NCBI GenBank assembly: GCA_002389285.1
Contig: DGOF01000041.1
Coordinates: forward strand, 22,194 to 86,193
Length of the DNA: 64,000 nt
Source of the DNA: Patescibacteria group bacterium UBA4473
GTDB taxonomy: Bacteria; Patescibacteriota; Gracilibacteria; UBA4473
Direction of reading: 5' to 3'
Below the pieces are notes generated by a model that made no database searches, was not told where the DNA came from, and saw only the letters and a program-made list of their open reading frames with translations. Below are positions 28,173 through 35,958 of this stretch, in pieces (the stretch's first letter is position 1; each line of letters starts with the position of its first letter). The position numbers and the translations under genes are program-made.

Positions 28173-28850
28173 ATGCTCTCAACAACGGGTTCTCAAACAA
28201 AAAAAAAATCCCACTTTTGGCAATCTTTGCGGCATGAACTCAAGACACCTTTGGTAAACATAAAAGCCCTCCCACAACTCATCGAATGGGAAAAAATAGA
28301 CGGCGATAACAAGCTCTTTTTAGAAGAATCTCTCTCTGCTGCCCAAGAACTCGGGACAAAAATGGATCGTATTTTTGAGGCCTGGCAACTCGAAACCGAG
28401 CCCCTCACGATTCAAACAGAAATTATCACCCTCGAAGCATTTATAAAAAACATTCATCCGCCTAAAAATCTTTGCATTCACTATCCAAAAAATCTAACTC
28501 AAAAAATAAAAGTCGATGTTCCACTCATGCGAAAAGCCTGGAAAGAAATTATAAATAATGCTGCTTTTTTCAATACAGAAGAATCAAGACTTCATATTAC
28601 GGTGACCAAAGAAAAACAAAAAATAATCATGAAATTTCAAGATAATGGAATCGGGATTGCTCCAGAACACCAAAAATCTATTTTTGACATGCTTTTTGTC
28701 GTTTCAAAAAGTCGAAACCAAGTCGAATCTGGAACCGGTGTAGGCCTTGCTATCACACAGCATATTATTCAGGCTCACGGAGGAACTATTGAAGTCACTC
28801 AAAGCGAAAAAAACAAAGGAACAACTCTTCAAATAGAAATACCCACCTAA
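28173..28850 (+). CDS. Second soluble histidine kinase (HisKA plus HATPase_c only)
   Basis: Canonical H-box FWQSLRHELKTPL, N-box IINNAAFF, DNGIGI, and GTGVGLAITQHIIQAHGG. No TM segment. Confidence 0.85.
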   Translation: MLSTTGSQTKKKSHFWQSLRHELKTPLVNIKALPQLIEWEKIDGDNKLFLEESLSAAQELGTKMDRIFEAWQLETEPLTIQTEIITLEAFIKNIHPPKNLCIHYPKNLTQKIKVDVPLMRKAWKEIINNAAFFNTEESRLHITVTKEKQKIIMKFQDNGIGIAPEHQKSIFDMLFVVSKSRNQVESGTGVGLAITQHIIQAHGGTIEVTQSEKNKGTTLQIEIPT

Positions 28851-28890
28851 TTAGCTCCAGAAGAAAAACTGTGGTATAAACAATCTGACA

Positions 28891-29955
28891 ATGATTGACC
28901 CACAGCACTTCACTCAGTGCTTACTCGCGTGGTATACCACCAATGGTCGAGACCTTCCCTGGCGCAAAACAGAAGATCCGTATGTGATTTGGATCTCAGA
29001 AATTATGCTCCAACAAACCCAGGTCCCACGCGTCGCTGAGCACTTTTATCCTCGTTTTTTGGAAGCGTTCCCAACGCTCGAAGCTTTATCAGAAGCTTCT
29101 TGGGAAGACGTCTATCCCGTATGGGACGGACTGGGCTATTATCGACGCGGAAAAAATGTATTAAAAGCCGCCAAAGTCCTCATGCAAAAACATGCCGGTA
29201 TTTTGCCCCAAACCCAAGAAGCCCTTGAGGCATTACCCGGAATCGGCGCTTATACCGCCACCGCTATTCGCGCCTTTGCCTTAGATCACAAAGTTCCCGC
29301 CATCGATACCAATATTTCAAAAATAGTTGAAACGCTGTGGCCCAACAAAGACACGAAAGAAATAGCCCACGAGCTCGTAGAAGCCGCCTCCTCTGGCCGC
29401 GATTGGAATAATGCTATGATGGATCTCGCAACCGCTTTGCGCTCAGGAGAAACCATTCCTGGTGATCTCGGCATTTTTTTCACAAAAGAACTTTCTGAAA
29501 AATTTTTGCCCAAACGAAAAAGCAAACCGAAATCAAAAAGTACAAAAAATAAAAAACGCCGAAAACATGTGATTGAAGTCGGCATCGCCTGTATTTGGAA
29601 AGATGGAAAATACTTGATTCAGACCCGACCCGAAGGCAAAAGCTTTACCGGCAACTGGGAATTCCCCGGCGGTAAACGAGAAAAAGGCGAAGACATCCGC
29701 GCCTGTGTAAAAAGAGAAATTAAAGAAGAAATCGGCATTGATGTCTCCGTCCGACCGGCCTTTTTCGAAAAGCTCTGGGACTTCGACAAGATCCAACTCC
29801 TGCTCAAATTTCACCGCTGCCAGATCCAACGCGGAGAACCCGAAGCCCTCGAAAAACAAGAACTCCGCTGGGCCGCCCCTGCCGAATTCGACTCCATCGA
29901 ATTCCTCAAAACCAACCACGAAGCCTTAGCGATTCTGAAGAATATGAAGATGTGA
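28891..29955 (+). CDS. MutY/EndoIII-family HhH-GPD glycosylase (no Fe-S cysteines) fused through a Lys-rich linker to a canonical Nudix (MutT-like) hydrolase domain
   Basis: WYTTNGRDLPWR, SEIMLQQTQV, LPGIGAYTATAI, and AIDTNI (catalytic Asp). The linker is KRKSKPKSKSTKNKKRRK. The Nudix box GKREKGEDIRACVKREIKEEIGI fits GX5EX7REUXEEXGU exactly. Confidence 0.8.
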   Translation: MIDPQHFTQCLLAWYTTNGRDLPWRKTEDPYVIWISEIMLQQTQVPRVAEHFYPRFLEAFPTLEALSEASWEDVYPVWDGLGYYRRGKNVLKAAKVLMQKHAGILPQTQEALEALPGIGAYTATAIRAFALDHKVPAIDTNISKIVETLWPNKDTKEIAHELVEAASSGRDWNNAMMDLATALRSGETIPGDLGIFFTKELSEKFLPKRKSKPKSKSTKNKKRRKHVIEVGIACIWKDGKYLIQTRPEGKSFTGNWEFPGGKREKGEDIRACVKREIKEEIGIDVSVRPAFFEKLWDFDKIQLLLKFHRCQIQRGEPEALEKQELRWAAPAEFDSIEFLKTNHEALAILKNMKM

Positions 29956-30068
29956 TTAAATCATTGACTTCCTATTAAAAAAATCATAGCATCCCTTTGT
30001 TCCAACTGGGAACCCTTAGATCCTCATTGCTCACTGTAGATGCAAGACTCTACACAGATGGGGATTCT

Positions 30069-30437
30069 TTATAGATCATAAAAACTAAGAAGTTGATATT
30101 TACTCCCCCGATTATCTTTCTTTTCAAGAATAACCATTCGATAAAACTCACTTTCCAATAAAAGCGCATTTTTATGTTTCCCTGGAGTGAGATCTAATTG
30201 CATAAAGAAACCAAAAAATTCTACCAATTTGATCCTTCTCATAACATCATTTTTTTTATATCGAGTCCCCATTCCATCGATTCCATATTTTTTAATAAAT
30301 TTATCCAAAAAAACTTTTCGCCCATTCCTCAATGTAATGTAATAAGCCCCATTTTTAGATTGGGGATACTGTCTTTTGATAAAAGACATTGCTCTAGAGA
30401 TCGTATCTTGAAATTTCATTTCACCATCACTCAACAT
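30069..30437 (-). CDS. Hypothetical protein (122 aa, basic, no recognised domain)
   Basis: Clean ORF with no competing frame, isolated between convergent and divergent neighbours. I recognise no motif. Confidence 0.45.
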   Translation of the reverse strand: MLSDGEMKFQDTISRAMSFIKRQYPQSKNGAYYITLRNGRKVFLDKFIKKYGIDGMGTRYKKNDVMRRIKLVEFFGFFMQLDLTPGKHKNALLLESEFYRMVILEKKDNRGSKYQLLSFYDL

Positions 30438-30499
30438 AAAAGAATGTAGGTATTTTCAAAATTTTTAATCTAAATTTAAGATACGAGTATACTATCCCT

Positions 30500-30990
30500 A
30501 TGAAAGTTTTCCTCATCCACGGAGCCTACGGTCATCCAGAAGAAAACTGGTTTCCCTGGTTAAAACAACAGCTCGAAGCATCAGGCTGGACTGTTTTTAC
30601 GCCCACATTTCCCACGCCTGAAAATCAAAGCCTGGAAAGCTGGAAAAAAGCCTTCGCGCCTTATCTTTCAAAAATAGACGAGCAAAGTATCTTGGTCGGA
30701 CACAGCCTCGGTCCGGCTTTTATTTTATCAATTTTAGAAGATCTAAATTTTCAAATCCCTGCGTGTTTTTTTGTCGCGGGATTCACTGGGAAAACATTCG
30801 CGCACACTGTAGAAAATTCTCACTCTATCAGTCAGATAACGATCCTTACATATCACTCACCAAAGCCGAAGAATTGTCACAGAACCTACAAAGCCCTCTC
30901 AACATCATCCCCAACGCCAGCCACTTCAGCCAATCGAACGCCTACACAAAGTTTCAGAAATTGTTTCAAGACATGGTTGACATGATCTAA
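30500..30990 (+). pseudogene. YdeN/RBBP9-type alpha/beta serine hydrolase interrupted by a frameshift (or homopolymer sequencing error) near nt 30791-30794
   Basis: The first frame gives MKVFLIHGAYGHPEENWFPWL...LVGHSLG...FFVAGFTG. The family's C-terminal part (KFSLYQSDNDPYIS...IIPNASHF) continues in another frame (ORF 30763-30990). The switch maps to GGGAAAAC. Confidence 0.6.
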
Positions 30991-31037
30991 AAAAAAGTAT
31001 TATAAAAATAAATATTACTTATTAATAACTTATATTT

Positions 31038-31583
31038 ATGGAAACTCTCAAGAAATTTCCGACAAATCCCCTGAGCGTCAACGATGCCTTAGTAGAAATC
31101 AGTGATGCCACCGGACTCACCGATCAAACATTGCTTCAAAAAATGCCGCTTCTAAACGGTCACGAAGGAACCGTAACCTTCACCGCAGATCCACAAGCGC
31201 TCCGTGGTGGATTCGTTGTAACCCTTGAAGGAAAGACCGGTTCAGAATATATCGTCTCCTTTCGGTCAAACGGAGAACCTCTTTTATTCCAAAGAGCCGT
31301 TCATTCAAAAACAGAAACGCGAAGCCCACTCCCAACGGCGCCCCAGAACGTCAACACAGCCTTGGCAATACTCAAGCATACAACCAGACTAGACGATCAA
31401 ACCCTGATCGAACAAATGCCGCTTCTAGACGGTCACGAAGGAACCGTAACCTTCACCGCAGATCCACAAGCGCTCCGTGGTGGATTCTTTGTAACGATTG
31501 ATGAACAAACAAGTCCAGAATACGTCGTCTCCTTTACTTCAAACGGAGAACCTCGCACCTGTTCGGCAGCAGATTGGTCCTAG
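31038..31583 (+). CDS. Hypothetical protein made of two 91-aa tandem repeats
   Basis: Repeat 1 spans aa 11-82 and repeat 2 spans aa 102-173. Both contain DQTL...MPLL.GHEGTVTFTADPQALRGGF.VT...EY.VSF.SNGEP. Confidence 0.65.
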   Translation: METLKKFPTNPLSVNDALVEISDATGLTDQTLLQKMPLLNGHEGTVTFTADPQALRGGFVVTLEGKTGSEYIVSFRSNGEPLLFQRAVHSKTETRSPLPTAPQNVNTALAILKHTTRLDDQTLIEQMPLLDGHEGTVTFTADPQALRGGFFVTIDEQTSPEYVVSFTSNGEPRTCSAADWS

Positions 31584-31623
31584 ATCTGTTTCGAGGAACA
31601 AATTAATTCAAATACAAAAAAAT

Positions 31624-31651
31624 ACCTCGCCACCGCGAGGTCTTTTTTTTT
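31624..31651. terminator. Bidirectional intrinsic terminator downstream of the V-ATPase A gene and of the repeat-protein gene
   Basis: AAAAAAAT-ACCTCGC-cacc-GCGAGGT-C-TTTTTTTTT. Confidence 0.7.
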
Positions 31652-31696
31652 ACATCAAGCTAATCTTCTTCATCTAGTAAATCCTGGTTCTGACAA

Positions 31697-33460
31697 CTAC
31701 AGCCCCGCAACCTCCGTCGCCACTTCTCTCTGCAAGGCTTCGAATTTATCAATTTCTTCGTTTTTGAATTCTTTCATACGAGCGATTTTTTGAATCACAG
31801 AAAGTTCTTCAAGCTTACTGAAATCAAATTCTTCTCGATCAGCCAAAGCATCTAAAGCCGTGTTATACAAAGTTCCGATAGTCTTAAGCATATGATACTG
31901 CTTATCAAGACTGGTGTACGCATCATCAGGATTAAACGAATCCTGGTAGAGGAAGTCCTCTCGAATCGCTTTTGAAGTCAAAAGCACCAATCGTTCTCGG
32001 AAGCTCAAGGCATCCGGTCCCACCAATCGCACGATCTCTTCTAATTTAGATTCTTCCTGCAAAAGCGTCATGGCCAAAGCCCGCACTTCCCAGTAATCAG
32101 CCGCAACATTTTCTTTCATGTAACGCTCAATATTTGGCGTATAGAGAGAGTAACTTTTCAACCAGTTAATGGCCGGAAAGTGACGCTGGTAAGCAAGCTT
32201 CGCATCCAGTCCCCAGTAGGTCTTCGTCACACGCAGCGTGTTCTGACTCACCGGTTCGGAAAGGTCTCCTCCTGGAGGAGAAACCGCTCCGATCACCGTA
32301 AGCGAACCTTGTCGGTCATCCGATCCAAGACAATCCACCGCGCCAGCACGTTCGTAGAACTCCGCTGTTTTTGATCCTAAATAGGCTGGATATCCTTCTT
32401 CCCCCGGCATTTCCTCAAGACGTCCTGAGATCTCACGCATGGCTTCAGCCCATCGTGACGTAGAATCTGCCATAAGCGCCACGTTGTATCCCATGTCTCG
32501 ATAAAACTCAGCAATGGTGATTCCTGTATAAACCGAAGCTTCACGAGCCGCTACGGGCATATTAGATGTGTTAGCGATCATGATCGTTCGACGCATAAGG
32601 GGGTCGCCTGAGTTTGGATCGATCAAGTGAGGAAATTCATTCAACACTTCCGTCATTTCATTTCCACGCTCACCACATCCGATATACACAATCACCTGCG
32701 CATCACAATATTTTGCCAAAGTCTGCTGCGTCACTGTTTTTCCAGAACCAAACGGTCCAGGAATACAAGCCGCACCTCCTTTTACAAGAGGAAAGAATGA
32801 ATCAATAGAACGACATCCTGTTTTAAGAGGCAGATCTGGAACTCTTTTTTGTGCCATTTTTCGAGCAATACGAATGGGCCAGAACTGTCGCATAGAAACA
32901 TCATGCACTTTTCCTGCCTCATCTTTCAGTCTCGCAATCATTTCCGTCACATTAAAATGTCCGGATTCAATTTTTTCTACGTTCGCATTCACAATACCCA
33001 CGGGCACCATGACTTTATGCAAAATCAACGTCGTTTCCTGAACCGTTCCCAAGACATCTCCTTCACTCACCCTATCACCAACACTGACCGATGAAACAAA
33101 ATCCCATTTTTTATTTTGGTCCAATCCATCAGCTTCGACTCCTCGTGCCAAATAGTGTCCAGATTTTTCTTCCAACGTCGCCAAAGGGCGCTGAATCCCA
33201 TCGTAAATAGACTCAAGAAGTCCGGGTCCAAGTTCAACCGACAAGGTCTGTCCGGTAAGAACCACTTTTTCTCCCGGCCCAATACCCGCCGTTTCTTCGT
33301 AGACCTGAATGGAAGCATGTCCATCCTCAAGACGAATCACTTCGCCCACAAGGCCTTCTTCTCCCACACGGACAACTTCGTACATTTTGGCCTCTTTCAT
33401 ATTATTGGCCACGACCAGGGGACCAGAAACTTTAACGATAACGGGGGTTTGTTCGGACAT
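31697..33460 (-). CDS. ntpA: V/A-type ATPase catalytic subunit A
   Basis: P-loop GPFGSGKTV, and GCGERGNEMTEVLNEFP, ANTSNMPVAAREAS, SRWAEAMREIS. 587 aa with no intein-sized insert. Confidence 0.95.
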   Translation of the reverse strand: MSEQTPVIVKVSGPLVVANNMKEAKMYEVVRVGEEGLVGEVIRLEDGHASIQVYEETAGIGPGEKVVLTGQTLSVELGPGLLESIYDGIQRPLATLEEKSGHYLARGVEADGLDQNKKWDFVSSVSVGDRVSEGDVLGTVQETTLILHKVMVPVGIVNANVEKIESGHFNVTEMIARLKDEAGKVHDVSMRQFWPIRIARKMAQKRVPDLPLKTGCRSIDSFFPLVKGGAACIPGPFGSGKTVTQQTLAKYCDAQVIVYIGCGERGNEMTEVLNEFPHLIDPNSGDPLMRRTIMIANTSNMPVAAREASVYTGITIAEFYRDMGYNVALMADSTSRWAEAMREISGRLEEMPGEEGYPAYLGSKTAEFYERAGAVDCLGSDDRQGSLTVIGAVSPPGGDLSEPVSQNTLRVTKTYWGLDAKLAYQRHFPAINWLKSYSLYTPNIERYMKENVAADYWEVRALAMTLLQEESKLEEIVRLVGPDALSFRERLVLLTSKAIREDFLYQDSFNPDDAYTSLDKQYHMLKTIGTLYNTALDALADREEFDFSKLEELSVIQKIARMKEFKNEEIDKFEALQREVATEVAGL

Positions 33461-33475
33461 AAAAAAAATAAATTA

Positions 33476-33838
33476 TTAACTTAAGATATCACTTCCAATC
33501 GCTCTCTCAACAATTTTAGAAAGTCGTTTGACGGAGAAACTATCCTTTCCTCCCTTTGAATCAGGAGATGGAACCGGGATCACTGCCGGTAAAGATTTTT
33601 TGGCCAAGCGCTCCAGAAGATCTTCCGGGAGCGTCTTGTAATAGGTTTCTTCAACAAAAATAACGGCATACTCAGCGGTTTGTGCCTCATCTCCTCGATG
33701 ACGCCCCATAAGATCCACAACAACATTGCGGGCTTCTTCATCTGAAAAAACAGAAAACACTTCTGTTCCCAATGCTCGAAAGATGAGCACCGAACTTTCA
33801 TTTCCAATCACCGCCAACTTAAAAGATTGATCACTCAT
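33476..33838 (-). CDS. V/A-type ATPase subunit F
   Basis: 120 aa. KLAVIGNESSVLIFRALGTEVF...YAVIFVEE is typical of subunit F. Its position between C and A matches Enterococcus-type operons. Confidence 0.7.
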   Translation of the reverse strand: MSDQSFKLAVIGNESSVLIFRALGTEVFSVFSDEEARNVVVDLMGRHRGDEAQTAEYAVIFVEETYYKTLPEDLLERLAKKSLPAVIPVPSPDSKGGKDSFSVKRLSKIVERAIGSDILS

Positions 33839-33841
33839 GGT

Positions 33842-34849
33842 TTAAAATTGCTCAAGAGTTTTATAAATAACTTTCGGATCCAATCCGTGAAACTTCGCAA
33901 ACATCACAAATTTTAAAAGACGAGCATTCTGCAAACGTCGTTCAATGTAATGAATAGCGACCGCTAAAGAATCCGTCTCTCCCTCCTGAGCCTGACGAAT
34001 AAATTGATGATACTGATGATCCAATGCTTTTTCTAAAGCATGGATATTCTCTTCGGGTGATTTATCAGCCTCAATTTGACCCGAAAGTGCCCAAAAAGAA
34101 GTTCGTTTTACCAAGCCTACGAAATCAGCAAAAGTTTCAATCTGATGAACCTCCGACCAATCCAAGCGTCCATACGACAAGAAAGCCGCCTCTTCGAGAG
34201 GTTCTTCTATCACCAATAAGCTTCTCGCCATCATACGAAGATTCGTCATATCCGCTTTCAGGGCCAAAAGATCATCCAAGAAAGGATCTTTGATACCGGA
34301 GAAAATACGAGACAAAAGATCAAAATAAGCTTGATCACACGCAAATTCTACAAAACGAAAATGCTTCTTCGTCGCTAAAAGCGATTCTGTGTTTTTAATA
34401 ATTTCAATAAATTCTTCGGGGAAATCATCAGCGAACCGCTGATGAAACACCGCCGAATCAAGATCTTCAGCCGTAATATTTCCAAGAGAAGAAAATCCTT
34501 CTTTCTCAGAAAATTTCCCCAATGATTCTGCCGCTTCCAAATGCTTTAATTTCAAAGCCCTCTTAATATTATTGAGATCGAATTCATACCACAACATGCC
34601 CAAACCTGGATGATTTCCGGTCCCCTCTATTAAAAGCTTCTTCGTCTCTTCCAATCCCTGCGTAATAATTTTTGCAAAATCCTGTGCCTGCACAGAGTCA
34701 TCAAAATACTCCGCATACTGAAGCTCCACCAAGACACGAAAAGCGTCTTCCGGTGAGGAAGCTCCGATCATACGATCCAGACGATTCACGTCGAGCAATT
34801 TATGCTCCAACGCACGCACCTGACCGTTTACAAAGAGAAGAGAAGTCAT
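33842..34849 (-). CDS. ntpC: V/A-type ATPase subunit C (eukaryotic d-like)
   Basis: 335-aa all-helical protein in the expected operon slot, with a NGQVRALEHKLL N-terminus. Confidence 0.7.
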   Translation of the reverse strand: MTSLLFVNGQVRALEHKLLDVNRLDRMIGASSPEDAFRVLVELQYAEYFDDSVQAQDFAKIITQGLEETKKLLIEGTGNHPGLGMLWYEFDLNNIKRALKLKHLEAAESLGKFSEKEGFSSLGNITAEDLDSAVFHQRFADDFPEEFIEIIKNTESLLATKKHFRFVEFACDQAYFDLLSRIFSGIKDPFLDDLLALKADMTNLRMMARSLLVIEEPLEEAAFLSYGRLDWSEVHQIETFADFVGLVKRTSFWALSGQIEADKSPEENIHALEKALDHQYHQFIRQAQEGETDSLAVAIHYIERRLQNARLLKFVMFAKFHGLDPKVIYKTLEQF

Positions 34850-34852
34850 AGT

Positions 34853-35410
34853 CTAGACAAGGTTGAGTGAGTCTGCCAGATAAGTAACCAACGATAATTT
34901 ATGCTCAGAAAAAAGAAGGTTTTGAAGACTGTTGTCAATTCCAGCACCTCCGATCTTGGCACGAAATCCTCCAGAAATCGTATCATCCTCAATCACATCG
35001 CACCCCTTGGGTGCATGCTTTTGAGTCACCGCCAAACGATCCTTCGACACAAAAATCTTTCCAGAATCCTGGGCAAAAGGAGCGAACAGTTTGTCTAACA
35101 AAGCCCCATAGGCCGTATCATCCAAAGCTTTCAAAGACTGCTCCAAACCAGACAAAGCCTGATCAAGAACCTCTTGCTTCACCGTAAGAAGTTTTCGAGA
35201 TTGTTCTCGACGAGCCATCGTCCTGGTTTTCGTTTCCAAAGTTTCAACCGCTCGATCCATCTTTGCGGTCCATTGCTCTTGTTCAAGTTTCTCTTGAGCT
35301 TGGGAGGCAACACAAAGCGCCTTTTTTTTGTTTTCCGTTTCAGATTCAATCTCTGAAACAACACCCGCTGCTTCATCGAGAATTTTTTGCAGAATTTCTT
35401 GCAAAGCCAT
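34853..35410 (-). CDS. ntpE: V/A-type ATPase subunit E (peripheral stalk)
   Basis: 185 aa. Long N-terminal charged helix plus a C-terminal globular part (GGFRAKIGGAGIDNSL). In the expected operon position. Confidence 0.7.
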   Translation of the reverse strand: MALQEILQKILDEAAGVVSEIESETENKKKALCVASQAQEKLEQEQWTAKMDRAVETLETKTRTMARREQSRKLLTVKQEVLDQALSGLEQSLKALDDTAYGALLDKLFAPFAQDSGKIFVSKDRLAVTQKHAPKGCDVIEDDTISGGFRAKIGGAGIDNSLQNLLFSEHKLSLVTYLADSLNLV

Positions 35411-35436
35411 AATAAAAAAATTTAAGAAAGAAGAAC

Positions 35437-35934
35437 TTACGCGCCGAACACTGGAGCTCCGACCTCAACAGACAACCAAATAAAGAAGGCTGCCAAAAGA
35501 CCGAAAATAGCATAGGTTTCGATAATAACGGCCAAAACAAGACCTTTACCAGAAACACTCTCATCACGACCAATCGCACCAACAGCACCTGCGGCTACTT
35601 TTCCCTGGAACCAACCAGAAAAGAGACCTGACAATCCCATGATAACACCGGCAAAGAGAAGCAATGCTCCAGCCTCAAAAGATACATCCGCTGCAGGTCC
35701 GCCCAAAAGGTTCGCCTTCATAAGGATCAAAATAGCGACCAAAAGGCCGTAAACTCCCTGTGAACCGGGAAGGGCTGTAATAAGCAATAGTTTTCCGAAC
35801 ACCTCTGGGCGCTCTGCTAAAACACCTGCTGCTTTAGTTCCTGCGGTACCAACACCAATACAAGAACCGAGTCCTCCGAAGACCGCTGCAAAAGCAGCAC
35901 CAACGACGGTGAGAACGAGACCTGACTCAAACAT
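35437..35934 (-). CDS. ntpK: V/A-type ATPase proteolipid subunit K (4-TM duplicated c subunit)
   Basis: ALPGSQGVYGLLVAILIL, GLFSGWFQGKVAAGAVGAI and AVIIETYAIFGLLAAFFI align closely with my recollection of Enterococcus hirae NtpK. Confidence 0.9.
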   Translation of the reverse strand: MFESGLVLTVVGAAFAAVFGGLGSCIGVGTAGTKAAGVLAERPEVFGKLLLITALPGSQGVYGLLVAILILMKANLLGGPAADVSFEAGALLLFAGVIMGLSGLFSGWFQGKVAAGAVGAIGRDESVSGKGLVLAVIIETYAIFGLLAAFFIWLSVEVGAPVFGA

Positions 35935-35958
35935 AATAAAAAGAATAAAAAAATAAAA

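Noticed and set aside
30785-30800. Programmed -1 ribosomal frameshift in the hydrolase gene
   Set aside because: The GGGAAAAC run is not arranged as X_XXY_YYZ in the zero frame, and I saw no downstream stimulatory hairpin. A mutation or homopolymer error is the simpler explanation.
31141-31495. Diversity-generating retroelement (TR/VR pair) as the explanation for the near-identical 82-nt repeats
   Set aside because: No reverse transcriptase gene is in the window. Both copies lie in one gene as a tandem duplication, and the two differences (A/G, G/T) are not the adenine-specific pattern of DGRs.
31697-33460. Intein in V-ATPase subunit A
   Set aside because: The protein is 587 aa and collinear with intein-free A subunits. 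There is no extra block after the P-loop region.
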